From: Squalus acanthias
Taxonomy: Eukaryota
Length of the DNA stretch: 64,000 bases
Reading direction: 5' to 3'
Assembly (NCBI GenBank): GCA_030390025.1
Contig: CM059431.1
Coordinates: 132,496,001-132,560,000, forward strand
The position numbers and the translations under genes are program-made. Shown here one piece after another: positions 10,650-23,450 of the stretch (positions are counted from its first letter, which is position 1; the number at the start of each line of letters is the position of its first letter). The notes below the pieces were generated by a model. It was given only the letters and a program-made list of their open reading frames with translations. It did not search any database and was not told the origin of the DNA.

Positions 10650-12764
10650 TTTGAGCAAGCAAAGGCTGTGCCCCGCTTCACCGACGCCTCCCTGGATGTG
10701 CTGTTGGGGGCTGTAAGGACCCGGAGGGAGATACTGTTCCCTAGTAACAGGAGGAAGAAGCCTGCTTCTGACACAAAGAAAGCATGGAGGTTGCGGAGGT
10801 CAGCAGCAAGACCATGGTGCCACGCTCCTGGATCCAATGCAGGAAGCGATTCAATGATCTAAACAGAGCAGGAAAGGTGAGAGCAAGGGCACATTGCCCT
10901 ACATCCTAATATGCATATCACCCCAACTCCCGCACTTTGCCTTCTCAAGCCTATTCCAGCACATCACTCCTCACACCTTGCAGGTGCATCCATCCCTCTC
11001 TGTCCATGCACTTACTCACATCCCCATCTATGAATCCACCACTGACACTCACCCTCATCCTTATGCAATGTCATGCCTATCCCTCTAAGTCACCCTCAAC
11101 AAATGCTCTCCATCCATCGGCTGAACACATGCCATTACTCTCACTCATAGGTGTCTTCTTTCCCTCTTTGCAGGAGAAGAGAGCACAGAACACCAGGGAG
11201 GCAGAGAATCGGAGGTGGCCCTCCAGCCATCTCGCAACTAACACCTGCAGAGGAAGAGGCACTGGAGATCAGCGGAGTCTCGACGTGCCTGGACATCGGA
11301 GTTGTGGAGATGGGGGCCTGCCAGTTACTTGGTGACAGAATTAAATATCAGGCTGCCACATGGCACACAACACTCAGTCATGCTGACTTGATGTCAACAG
11401 CGACTGAAATATGATTAGGTGCATAATGATAACTTCAAGCATTCTTACCTTGACAGTACTCATTCATGTCTTTTATCTCCCACAGGGCCTTCACACATCC
11501 ATCAGAAGGTGGTCGAGGTCACCCATGACATCGACGACTCCTCAGAAGAGCTCACTCCCTCTGTGGGTGCACCATCACTGGACTTCTGCAGACCATGCGC
11601 CAGCTCAGATACTCGCACTTCGGTGGGACTAGTTAGAGAGATAGTTGCGTTTTCACCTGGTGACTCACACTTCACAAGTGAACAAGAGCAGATGGTGGAG
11701 TCAGGGACAGCTGTGGAGAGTCCGTGTCAGAGGGCACAAGACTCTCCAAGCTCTGCTCAGCTGGAAGTCGATGCTGTACCTCGGGGGCCATCGATGAATT
11801 GATACTTGTTGAACAGCAGCAGAGGATGTGCGATATACAGGCAGGTGTTCCAGCCGCACTGTGCACGCTTGCAGAGAGATTGGAGGAGTTTGTCTCAAGC
11901 ATGACTGGCATAATGTTGCAGGCCTTTGCGATGATGACTTCGTCCACAGATAGAGTGGTCACCTGCATGGAGCATCAAACGCGGCAATCACACGCCTTCA
12001 CCAATGGCTTGCACACTCTGAATGCCACCAGAAATTGGATGAATGATGCCTTGGCCTTGTAGCACCCCACTGATCTGCAGCAAAGTGTTCTCCAGCTCAG
12101 TGCTAACAGGGAAGTGCGGCTGGCCATGAGAGGGATGATGGTGAAGCGGAACATGGAAGTGGGGATTCGACTCAAAGCACTTCCACTTCTCACCCGTTGC
12201 CCTCCCCTCAGTCAGTACCTGACAATGCTGCCTTGTGTCCCGATGGTGAGTCTGCCCCGCACAGGTGCAGGTGGAGCAGTCTTTGCCGGGGCCTTCATGG
12301 GCTCCAAAACCCAGAGGATGTCGTCCAAGAGCAACTCAACAGTCGGAGCAGAGATCTGAGCAGCCTGTCTCTACCTCTGGTGAAGCCACAGGGGTTGCAC
12401 CATGTCGAAGCGCGTGGAAAAGGAAGAGTAAAGATTTGAAATAAAAGCAGAAAATGCTGGAAATACTCAGCAGGTCAGGCAGCATCTGTGGAGAGAGAGA
12501 AACAGAGTTACCGTTTCAGGTCGATGGCCCTTCATCAGAACTGGAAAAAGCTGGAGATGGAACAGGTTTTTAAGCAAGTGTAGGGGCAGGGAAAGGGGGG
12601 AGGGGAGGAAAGAACAAAAGGGAAGGTCTGTGATAGGATGGAAGGCAGGAGAGATGAAGAGACAAAAGGTATGATGGTGCAAGGCAAAAGGAGATGGTAA
12701 TGGGACAAGTTAAGAAACAAAAGATGGCTCTAGATGAATGGTAAATGGCAGTAAAGATTTGTAG
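10650..12764 (+). pseudogene. Harbinger Myb/SANT-like gene, 3 exons, frameshifted
   Basis: PRFTDASLDVLLGAVRTRREILFP...RSWIQCRKRFNDLNRAGK|GT at 10877; exon 2 11174-11331 (EKRAQN..GGGPPAISQLTPAEEEALEI); exon 3 from 11486, ending RSAWKRKSKDL. Confidence 0.85.
12439..12749 (-). mobile_element. Penelope-like pLTR insertion (family 2) with a 12-bp TSD
   Basis: Reverse complement matches 54350-54640. AGTAAAGATTTG is duplicated at 12427-12438 and 12750-12761. Contains a mutated hammerhead at about 12506-12542. Confidence 0.9.
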
Positions 12765-13087
12765 TTGCACAAATGTATGCACATGAGTGTGTTGCACATT
12801 GTTATATTGTTAAGTTTCTGTTTTCTATTTGAAGCACATAAATATTATTCTTTTGCACCACTTTACCTTCTTGCCCATTCTTGGTTGCTGGCTGGCAAGT
12901 GGCCTTTTCAGTTGTGTGATGATGAACGGGAAGACATGAATTGATTGCGACCAATAGGGGGATGTGAAAGGGATGCTTGGTTGTTTGCAGGACTGCTTTG
13001 TGTTAGTGGCATTTGCAGGGGGGTGGGGGGGGGGGGGGGCAAAAGAGGCATTTGCTTGTGGGTGTTAGAAGGGTGCACTGGTGGAAC

Positions 13088-14167
13088 TTAAGTGAACCTC
13101 ACAATAATGAGGGCATCTGGGCAGCCATAAATTCCACTGGTGATGCATTGCCTACATCATCTTCCCCTCCTCATCCTCCACATCCTCCTCCTCATCTTCC
13201 TCCTCCTCCTCATCCTCAGAATCATCTGACGAGGCTCTGTTCTCTGCACCTTGTTCTACCTGCTGGTCCAAACCTCGCTGCTGGGCAATGTTATGCAGAG
13301 CATTGCACACCATGACCATTCTGGAGACCCTGGCTGGTGCATATTGAAGGGCACCTCCAGATCTGTCCAGGCACCTGAAGTGCATCTTTAGCATACCGAT
13401 GGCTTGTTCAATGACACATCTAGTGGTGATATGGCATTAATTGTATCACTCCTGGGCCTCGTTCCTCGGGTTTTTGAGAGGTGTCATCAGCCACGTTTTA
13501 AGTAGGTATCCCTTGTCTCCGAGCAGCCAGCTCTGGTAACTTTGCTTCCAAGAGCGAAGAGATCAGGGAGAGTGGACTGCTGCAGGACAAAAGCATCTTG
13601 GCAGCTGCCCGGGAATTTTGTGCACACCCTCATAAACATCTTTCTATGGTTGCACACCAGCTGCACATTGATGGAGTGGAAGCCCTTGCAGTTGACGAAC
13701 ACTCCTGGGTGATCTATAATTGGCAGCCCTGGCAAATAAGCCATCTGTCTTATGCATTTATATGCTGCCAACTGCAAGATCCTGCAAATGTCTCCAGCAG
13801 ATCCCTGGAAGGATCCAGGGGCAAAAAAGTTGAGGGCACTGGTGACTTTGACAGCCACTGGCAAAGCGTGGCCACCAGGTCCAGCTGGCAGCAGGTCTTA
13901 TTCCAGCAGCCTGCAAATGTCTGCCATCAGTTCACGTGACACCCTGAGCCTCCTGAGACAGTGGTGTTCAGACATGTCGAAGAAGCTTATCCTCTGCCTG
14001 TGGACCCTGTGTGCTGGGTATGGCCTCCTGTGAGCTGCACCTCTTTGTTACTCCACTTGCTCCTGTGGAGCTACAGGTCTGTGAGCAGCAGGCTGTTGCT
14101 GGTCCTGCTGCTGGTCATCTTCATCCTCATCTGAGGTCCAATCTAAGGCAGCGTAAGCAGCACCCAT
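13088..14167 (-). pseudogene. Harbinger DDE transposase (HARBI1-like family), frameshifted with an internal deletion
   Basis: [88 protein letters not shown]; acidic C-terminal tail. Confidence 0.9.
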
Positions 14168-15868
14168 GCTGATCTGGTACATCAGAGCTCCAAAGTGCAG
14201 ATCAGACCTCCAAACCTCCAGATGGCACCTCCAAAGTGTTGAATAAACTTCCAAAGTGTGTAGAGTAATCTCTTAGCACAAGTACTGTGAACAAACCCTT
14301 TCCCACAAGCAGGTAAGAAAACAGCTGTGAGTACTGAGTACTTATTGGCATATTTCCCTGTCATGGCTTCAGCCCCCTCAATTGCCATTGTGTTCCCACC
14401 TTGCTTTCACTGGCGAGTTCCAGGAAGCCCAGAAAACCCATGCACACAAAGTTACAGTAGCAATCCCATGTCAATATCGCTCTAATTGAGCAATTAACAT
14501 ATCTTAAGCGGCAACCCGCCTCTCCCGAGGGGTTGCTCGCACGCAGCCTAGCGCTGCAGTGAAATGTGAAAGTCGGCTGACTGGAGCCAGCTTCCCGATG
14601 CACTGCCAATTTCACCGGTTTTAACCCCACACCCGCTCCCAAACTCACGTGCTCCAGCAGATTCAAATTCAGCCCTTTGTCATTGGTGTTGAAGTGCTCA
14701 GTGGTCTTACTGAAATTCCTGAACATTTTTATTGCAAAATTCAGGTCTGTGCCTTAATTTGAATATAATTAGCACAATGTTCCCAGCTGTTACAGTCAGA
14801 TGACAGAGGTAGTTCGTTGCACGGCTGCCTCCTGCTTTCCCGTTACTTGTTATACCATCCACTGCCAAGAGTGGGCAATTCGCATTAATACCAACGCGTC
14901 CACTATAAGCGGTGGTGACTGTACTGCTGGGTCTTAAGGGTGGTTTATTTGGCAGGATCCCAGGGAAGCAGAAGAACGCACACAGACCTGCCCCCTAACC
15001 GAAGTCCTGTCACATGGGGAGGCAGGCAGAAGAAACACCCTTCCCCCTCCCCAGGCCGGAATTTGCCAGTGCATTTTCTAGGGGGGTGGAAACCTGGCAG
15101 AGATGGGTTCTGTCCAACTGCTGGTCCCTCCACCATAACTACGCCTGACGTCCACCCCAAGAAGGAGCTGAAGTTCTAGGATTTTATGCTTACTTACGTT
15201 TATATCTGTGGTATTATCACATAAGCATCAATTCAATATCAGGTCGACCACATCACAACACATTCACGGAATTACTGACGGTGGAGTGTTCAATTGGAAA
15301 TGCTCTAAATATTGGGTCAGAATTTGCTGGAAAGTTGCGTCATAATAATGACACTTAACAGCATGCGCCATTATTCACACGTAGAAGTTCCAGGAAATAA
15401 TGGCGTAAGTGAGTTATGGATTATTTACGTTGCACCATAATTTCCTGGGACTTTTTTGCAGCTTGCCTAAACCGAGCAAAGTTCATTATCAAGCTCCACC
15501 CACCATTGCAGTCAATGCTGATCGTGAACTTCAAGGATTTACGCCCATTTTCTTGCCACAAGCACTTAGACTGAAAGATAATGATGCAGATGACCTGGTA
15601 TTGACATGATTTATGGCCCTCACATGACTCCGGGACTGAGAGGATAACAAAGGGACCATTAAAGCTGTGGAGCCTCATCCCTACAGTTTGGAAATTGTCC
15701 TCAGGGTGTTTCTGATTCTCTCAGACATTTCTTGCCAGTTTTACCATCCAGAGTCCTGTGAATGTCTGTAGGCAATCATTTCAGGACGCTCACCCCTCTC
15801 TATGTGTTAAGAAGGTGATAGCATTTTAAAGGCCTTTCTACTGGGCATTTCCCCTGTTCTTGATTATC

Positions 15869-17000
15869 ATGGACAACCTGGAGAAAGAAGGAGCAGAGGG
15901 AGCAGATGTGTCACGTGAAGCACCATGGCCAGAGACTGAACCAATCTCTCTACTACCCACCAAATCTCCCCCGCTCCCCCCCACCCCACCCCACCATGCT
16001 CCACAGAGTGTACAGGGAGCGAATGTATTTCACGGCAGTGTTGGAGGAGCTCTGCGTGAGCAGACTGCGTTTCAGTAAGGAGTCGATTGACCACCTCTGC
16101 GAAATGCTGAAGCTGGGTCTTGCCTCCCACAGGATCTTGTCAGTGGAAATGTAGGTGACAACAGCTCTCAATTTCTACGGTCCTGGTACTTTCCAATCGG
16201 GCACTAGAAACCCCTATAACATCAGCCAAGGAGCTGTGAGGATTTGCATTCCGCAGGGCACTCTGACTTCATTAAATATGACATTTCTCCTGCGGCGTAA
16301 AGAGACAGTGCCGTCAATTTCCACAGGATTCCTGGCTTCCCCAGGGCTCAGGGAGCTACCGATGGGACCCACATGCTGCTGAAGGCTACCCTTGAGGAAC
16401 CTGTCACTTTTCTCAACCAGAAGGGGTACCACTCGCTAAATGTGTTAATTGTCTGCAATGCCCATCAAAGGATCCTGTATGTTAATGCAGAAAATCAGTT
16501 AAGTGCTCATGACACCTTCATCCTTCGCCACTCAAAAATCCATGACTTATTCAGGACGGAGGGACAAGGAGGTGAATGGATCCTGGGGGGACAAGGCGTA
16601 CCCGTTGAAGCTGTGGCTGATGACACTTTTCCACGTCTCCAACAACGCAGTAGAGGAAAGGTACAACCTCACAGATTCGGCGACCCAGCAGATGGTGAAG
16701 AGGACCATCGCGGTGCTTAAATCACGTTTCCGCTCCCTGGACAGGTCTGGGGGTGTCCCACAATATGCCCCTAATAAAGTGAGGAAGATTGTAGTGGTCT
16801 GCTGCGCACTGCACAACTTACCCCTGCAGGAAGGGCTCAGCCTGGACTTGGCAGACGAGAATTCCGTGGAACCGGAGGATCTCGACCCTCATGTCCCTGG
16901 GCCCGTGAGTGGCCACCTGAAGGAAAGCACAGTGTCAGTGGCCAGTGCAGCCGAGAGCAGCTGGTGGCTCAGGTCTTCAGTCAATAATATCTCCCCCCCA
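15869..17000 (+). pseudogene. Harbinger DDE transposase, multiply frameshifted
   Basis: VYRERM..LCVSRLRFSKESIDHLCEML; TTALNFYGPGTFQS; GATDGTH; NQKGYHSLNVLIVCN; SAHDTFIL; GDKAYPLKLWLMT; VKRTIAVLKSRFRSLDRSGG (expected catalytic E appears as K); CCALHN. Confidence 0.9.
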
Positions 17001-17749
17001 AAAAAACGATACACCAGTCGCATCGAGCTATGTCAGGAAGTCTGGCACAATTATGCCAAGGACTGGTATCCGTGAGGCTGCGAACGCAAGGAACGACAGG
17101 CGAAATTGTAACAAACAATTGAACTTTTATTCAGTAGAACAGATGCAATGTAACTGACAGTCAGCAAACAACAACAGGGTAAAAGCAGATGACAACACAG
17201 AACCAGTCAACTTTTATCCATGAGTAGCAACATGAGGAAAACTCATCAAGAGACAACTACTGAAAATGGAACAGTTTTAAATCTGGAAGACACAAATGGT
17301 GAGGTCCACACCGCTCTACTTACAGCAGCGTTGTTGCCCAGCAACGCAGCAGGTGTAACAAGGTCGAGGACTAAAAGGCCAACAGCAGTAACACTGTGGT
17401 GAGCCAGTCAGTTATCTAGCAGTGCATAGCTTTAGCAACTGCAAAAAAATGCCTGTTACAACACCTTTGGTATAAATTTGTCTAGCAGTAGTAAATTACC
17501 ATTCCACAATGAACGTGCCTATATCATTGCCTGAAAACTAAGCAGCAGCAGTAGCGACACTGTGCTGAGGTAGTCAATGATAACATTGTGCATAATATTA
17601 GCAACTGTCAAAACTTTTCTTGTAATAACACTTTAAATGGAAATTTCTTCAACTTTTCAAAAAAAATTTCAACATAACTTCTTATAAACTCAACAACAAC
17701 AATTTTAAATGTAAAACATTAACTATTGACAAATAATTCTGCCACGGAA

Positions 17750-20160
17750 AGGGTAACTGAGGAACCCGTGAAGTTGAGATGGCGCAGGAGAGATGACCTC
17801 TGCAGGCAGGGAGGCCCCCTACTCCCTTGTGGCCCTGTACATCCCCCCCCCCCCCCCCCCTCAGGCATGGACGAGCTCTTGACGTGTTGGCCAGGTAAGT
17901 GGGAGGGTCCCGATGCTGTTGCGATGGGTAATGGAGTAGAGGTCTGCTTTGACTACTTGGAGCTGCCTCCTGCGATGGGGCTGCTGCTGGCTTCGCCAGT
18001 GGAGGGTGCTCCTGAGCATACTGGTCTCGCGTGGCTTGTGTGACTGACACGGAGCTCAGGGGAAGACGGACGCAGCCCTGGGAAGTGCTGCCATCCTGAG
18101 CGTCAGCAGCAGGGTGCTCAGGGACTGTGACACTCGCTGCAGTGGGCGGCGCTGGGTGGGGGTCATGGGCATCAGCTACGGTGGCATAGTGGTTAGCACT
18201 GGTGCCTCACAGCGCCAGGAACCCGGGTTCGAATCCGGCCTCGGGTGACTGTCTGTGTGGAGTTTGCACATTCTCCCCATGTCTGCGTGGGTTTTCTCCG
18301 GGTGCTCCGGTTTCCTCCCACAGTCCAAAAATGTGCGGGTTAGGTTGATTTGGCTATGATAAATTGACCCTTCGTGTTAGGGGGGGATTAAATATGTGGG
18401 GTTACGGGGATAGGATGGGATATGTTAGGGGAATTAAATACGTGGGGTTACGGGGATAGGGTGGGATATGTGTCGGTGCAGGCTCGATGGGGATTCTGTG
18501 GGGGAAAGCAGGGACAGGGTACTGGATTTGGATGATCAGCCATGATCATATTGAATGGTGGAGCAGGCTCGACGGGCCGAATGGCCTACTCCTGCTCCTA
18601 GTTTCTATGTTTCTATGACCTCTGCATGATCACAATGGCCCCTGGCAAAGGTTGTCCAGCTTCTGCTGGAATATCTCTAGTCCGTCGTGTATGAGGCTCA
18701 AATAGCAGACGATGGATCCTAGAGTTCGTAAATACCTGCGATGCTCCTGCAACATCCTTCTTTGCAGGCATAGAACCCTGTAGTCGTGCGCACAATCCAC
18801 CTCATGCTGGGCCCGAGAGAGAGACGGCCTCACAGGGGACCAGGGCACATCTCAACCCCGCCTCCATGCCCTACTGCTCCTTGATCCCCTGACCGATCGG
18901 ACTCAGACCACAAGCTCTTGTCCCAAAGGCACCATAGGGGCATTTAGTACAACGCAGCTACCTGCGAGTGGGGAGGCGAGTGCATCTGCTGCAGAGTGGG
19001 AGAGGATGGGAGTCGATAAAGAGGCAGCGCTGTCAGGTAGGGTGTAAAGAAAGGGGAAATGATCACATGTCCCCTCCTAGTCAGCACTCTGACGGTGCAC
19101 CATGAGGATGGGAGTGTCTGTGCCACTTCTCTTGACTACCTGACTGGAGAGCCCAGTCTTCTCATCCTCCTCCTGGTTCCCCTGTTCCTTGTTCCCCTAC
19201 TCAGTCTCTGCCTCAGTGCCCTCTCCCCTGGTGTCCTCCGGCTGGTGTGGACCTGAGGGAAGGAAGAATGAAAGATTATAATGGTGATTACATTGTCTTA
19301 ACACTCTTACATAATAGTCTTACGTTCAATCTTAATGAGGAAAAAGTCCATTCGATTCAACAGTTCTGTGTCAGTGTTTACATGCCACATGAGCATCCTC
19401 CCACTCTGATTTCCTCTTCTCACCCTGCACCCACAAGTGGAACCGGTTTCTCCACATCCACCACATCGAATCCCTTCATAATTTCAAATATATACCTCTA
19501 CCGGGCCTCCTCTTAGTCATTTCCTGGTGTGGCTTGCTGCCCAGGAGACAAAGTAAGAGGTTGTAAACCTCATCTGGGGGCATACACACACCGCCAACCT
19601 CAGCTTGGCCCACATGTACAGAGCCATGGACTCCTTGCAGCTGCAGGGTCATCTCCTCGTGTGCTGTTAGCTCCTTTAAGCAGGGGGTTCGTGCTCCAGT
19701 CCTCACGTGCACCCATACGTTATCCGCCAATTTGTCCTGCAGGTAGAACACAGAAAAAAGATTAGGTGAATGGTGTGCGAAAGGTGACGGCATTGTAGTG
19801 ACACATTTTTTAGGGGTTGTGAGGAGACTTTGTAGGCATTATCCTTCAGCAGAGACAAATTCAACAACAGAAAATTCACCAGCAACCCCCCCCCCCCCCC
19901 AATTCTGAATTAAAGACCAGAGACTGCTTACCTCGCTAGCCCTGGTCAGGTCATTGTACTTTTCCCTGCACTTGCCGTTCGAGCGTGGAACGACTCAAGG
20001 CTCTGGCCACTTCTCTCTGTGCCACCTGGCTCACCTTGCGGGGAGCGTTCACCCTTGGTGACCCCAGTACCCAGCCTGGCCTCAGCTGTACCTCATCCAG
20101 GAGGGCTCGCTGGTCATCCCTGAGGTTAGGCGCCTCTTTTCTGTTTTCCTCTTGTGTCAT
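17750..20160 (-). pseudogene. Harbinger Myb/SANT-like gene, multi-exon, disrupted by a SINE
   Basis: Exon 1 MTQEENRKEAPNL..RALLDEV...CREKYNDLTRASE|GTAAGC (ends 19932); exon 2 from 19736 DKLADN..RTGA..LKELTAHEEMTLQL; later exons degenerate. Confidence 0.75.
18175..18617 (+). mobile_element. Full-length HE1-like V-SINE
   Basis: A box TGGCATAGTGG, B box GGTTCGAATCC, V-domain TGTGTGGAGTTTGCACATTCTCCCC..CCGGTTTCCTCCCACAGTCCAAA, and a CR1-derived tail ending TTTCTATG repeats. Confidence 0.92.
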
Positions 20161-20976
20161 CTCTGTGGAAAAGGGGATGTTCATACACTGGAGATTACTT
20201 TTCACAGCGTTTTACAATTTGTTTTAACTGAAATTAACTTTTTAAAGTTGATTGCAGCACAGACAGCTCACTTAGCTCCCAGTGCCAAGTCTCACTCTGA
20301 GTTATGGCACCTATTCTCAGCTTTTTATAGTGCTATGTGGTTAGTCTGCAGGGTAAGCCATTCACTGTGCTGCAATCAATCTACAAACACCAATGTATCC
20401 AATAAGCCTTGTGCATCTCCTATTTATAAATCTCGGTCAATATCTTAGCACTAAACCTTTGTCATGAAAATTTCACTTGTCCTTCCTCTGAACTTTAAGC
20501 TTTGCTGCTCTTGTGCTACATACGTTTGTTTAAAATTAATTAAAAGCTGTTTATATGAGTTAGGGTTATTTTGAAATATATCTAAGAATGAAAGAAAATT
20601 GTGGGGTCATGCAGTTTCCAACTTAAATTGTTCTGGTTATTTATTGCTCTGAGTAGAGAACTATTGATCTGTTGGGGCCATGCTGCTCTAGGTAAGAGAA
20701 CTCAAGATGCTGTCATTGCTGTGTAAATGAATGTGTCCAAAACAATTACCATTTACCATCATGATTTCTTACATTGAGGATTAGACCATTTGTCAGACAC
20801 AGCCTTTTGTATACACTACTCGCAGCTGTTCCAAATTTGCTTTTCTGATCATTTTGTTCTTCATAGTACTTTGTTCATTCCTAACAATTTTATATAAAGT
20901 CAAAAATATTCCCATAAAAAAATAATTGAATCATTCAAGAGATGAAGCTGAACAGATAAACAAGCCACCCAGTGGT

Positions 20977-21158
20977 GGGCTAGTTTGACTTGGGCGATAG
21001 AGTATAACGGGTGATATAAGACCAGCCTCTCATTATACATCTCTCCAGATTTTCATTTCCGTTGAAGTCAATGAAAATGAGAATCAGGAGGGATGTATAA
21101 CAGGCGGCTGATCTGATCTCACCCAGTTTACACAATTGCCCAAAGTCAAAATTATCCC
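20977..21158. mobile_element. MITE of about 180 bp
   Basis: Left GGGCTAGTTTGACTTGGGCGA versus reverse complement of the right end GGGATAATTTTGACTTTGGGCAA. Confidence 0.65.
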
Positions 21159-21381
21159 TTATGTTTCTTTTTATCTGACATAATGCAGCACAGGTAGCTT
21201 TGTTCAAAATAAAAGCTCTTGAACGCTTTCGATATGTTTATGCTGCAACTCCAGAGTCACTCTGAAGCTTAGCAAGTGTGGACACTCTCCTCTGTTCTCC
21301 CGAAATATTAAATTTTAACTTCTGGAAAAGAAACTCTGCACATCCATGGAAGCACAGAGCTCTCTCGTGGGCAGAAACATT

Positions 21382-22076
21382 GGCCCCGATATTTACGGGG
21401 AGAGGGGAGGGAGTGGGGGCGACTGTCAGTGGCCGGGAAACCCAGAAACAGGGGAAAGGCGGAGTTCCTGTCGAGTTTAACGGCAGGACCTCATTTGAAT
21501 TATTTTACTCAGTTTCCCGCACGGCAGCCAGCCACATTGAGAGGCTGGCTGGATGCCAGGCAGGAAAGTTTGTTGTACAAGGGAGGGAGGGAGAGATGCG
21601 GGAGGAGGGAGTTCGCTGGGGGGAAGAGATCGTGGTGGGGCGCGATCACGGGGTGGGGGGGCGAGACATCAGATTGCGGAGGGGTTGGCCAATCACAGAG
21701 CGAGAGGAAGATCGCGGCAGGTTAGCATGGAGGGTTGGGATAAAGCCCTCCTGCTCCTCCTGGCCGACAAGCAGTGCTGGAAAAGCACATACCTGCTGGA
21801 TCCAGCAGTTCTCGCCTCCCTTAAGTTGCCGGGTTTCCTGAGCCCTGGGAAATCCGGAGCACAGCCGTTAAATCCACATGGCTGCTAAAATCTGAGGCAC
21901 GCAGCCTCATTTAAATATTATAATTACTGTCCCGCCTCTCAAGTGCAGGTTACTCACCCAACCCGCCCCGGTTAAACCGGAAGTTGGCACGTTCGCGGCG
22001 GGCTGGGGTTGGGTTTCCCATTTTTTTAAATTTAACACCCCTCTCTCACCCATTTGGGGGGGTTAAAGATCCCCCC
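21382..22076. mobile_element. Non-autonomous Harbinger-type element D
   Basis: ATT on both flanks, weak TIRs (GGCCCCGATATTTA / TAAAGATCCCCCC), and an inverted homologue at 49570-51462. Confidence 0.7.
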
Positions 22077-22475
22077 ATTGAGTTGGAGCCCAGTGCATAC
22101 TGCCTGGCTGGAGCAAACTGGTCGTTGTAGTATAAATGCATCACTTAAGTCAAAGTGCGGAAACGGTTAAAGCTGCGGCGCTCCACAGTTAATTTTTCCC
22201 ACAAATAGGTAGAAGTTGAAGCAGTTTGTCTATGATGTTGGTCGTCGTGCTAATTCACGAGACAGCAGCTGGGTGCGGAACAGTGTAGGGGTCAATTTTT
22301 CCAGCTATAAATAGAAAAATTGCATTGTGTGACATTGCAGCTTTACTTTTAACTTTTAACTACTGAACTCTACAGTGTAAATTGTCATGTATCTCCATGT
22401 GCTTTTCAGTTAGAAAGAAAATGATTGTGCTGCTCAGAGCACATGGGGAAAAGGGAGGCACTAAAGAGGTAAAGA

Positions 22476-23450
22476 GGGGGCCAACATGGGGTCTTAAGCT
22501 GAAACGCCGATTTAGCCTGCGTTTAGCGCAAGATGCCATCTTGGTAAAGGAGTTGAAGCCAGTACTAGGAACGGCCGCTCGGAGGCTAGTTAAACAACTG
22601 ATTGCCATTTAAAATGCCTGCTAGCACTCATTAAAGAGGCTGCACGGCAATTTGGTGGCTAGCGCTTGTCCTAACACCCTCGCCTAACAGCGACCAGCTG
22701 TTTAGGAGTAAACACGGCATTGAAATTGATTTCAAGTACTACTTAAAGGGATACTCACCACTTAGAAGGAATACTCCCCATTTTGTGATCATTGCTGCTG
22801 AGCTGTGAAAAGAACCTTTGAAACACATCGGGAGACTTTCTGGGACACTTTTTCAATACTTCACCTGCACTCGAGCAACATTTATTCTGGAAATTCTCTG
22901 AGGACTTCACCTAAAAAGAGTGAGCGCTGTGCTACCTTATTAGACACCTTATAGGAGTCACCAGGAGAAAGGGAGCACTTGGTCATCAGCATCTTGCTAG
23001 GGGTCCCCCTTGGTCTGGACGAGAAATGGGAGGAGGACATGAGGCCAGCCAGAGCAGCAACAGCTGCTGCAGGAGAGAGGGAACAGGAGGGCGAGTTGGC
23101 ATCCTTCCTCCATGCGGGTTCAGGCCATCCCTCCTCCTCTGGATCTCCTCCACCAGGACCTCCAGTGCCACGTCCGAGAACCTGTGCGCCCTCTCACTCG
23201 GTCCCTGAGCTAACCTGAAACCTGCCGCTGTGTGCCAGCCAGAGCACTCCACACGTTCAGTGGAAGTGGGTGCGAGGATACCACATCTACTGCTCCACGA
23301 CAATTGCATCTAATCAGTACTTGAGTGCTAAACCTACTGGTTTCTGAGGCCCGAAAATTGCGTGCTAAATCCGGAATTTCAAACAGGTGTTTCTTATTTT
23401 CACAGCACCCATTTAGCGCCTGTTTTCACCCTTTGGCCAAAATAACCCCC
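22476..23450. mobile_element. Harbinger deletion derivative E keeping only the 5' ends of both genes
   Basis: Plus strand ILLGVPLGLDEKWEED..ARAA resembles the element A transposase stub; minus strand ERAHRFSDVALEVLVEEIQRRRDGLNP is the Myb start. Confidence 0.7.

Larger units (their letters stand above)
10400..14675. mobile_element. Harbinger element B (Myb gene on +, transposase on -, convergent)
   Basis: Both genes are recognisable. Right TIR-like CAAATTCAGCCC at 14664-14675; the left terminus was not identified. Confidence 0.85.
15314..20450. mobile_element. Harbinger element C (transposase on +, Myb gene on -, convergent)
   Basis: Left TIR-like ATT|GGGTCAGAATTTG at 15314 and both genes present. 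The right end is approximate. Confidence 0.8.

Noticed and set aside
18175..18245. tRNA gene
   Set aside because: It is the tRNA-derived head of a V-SINE, continuing into the V-domain and CR1 tail.
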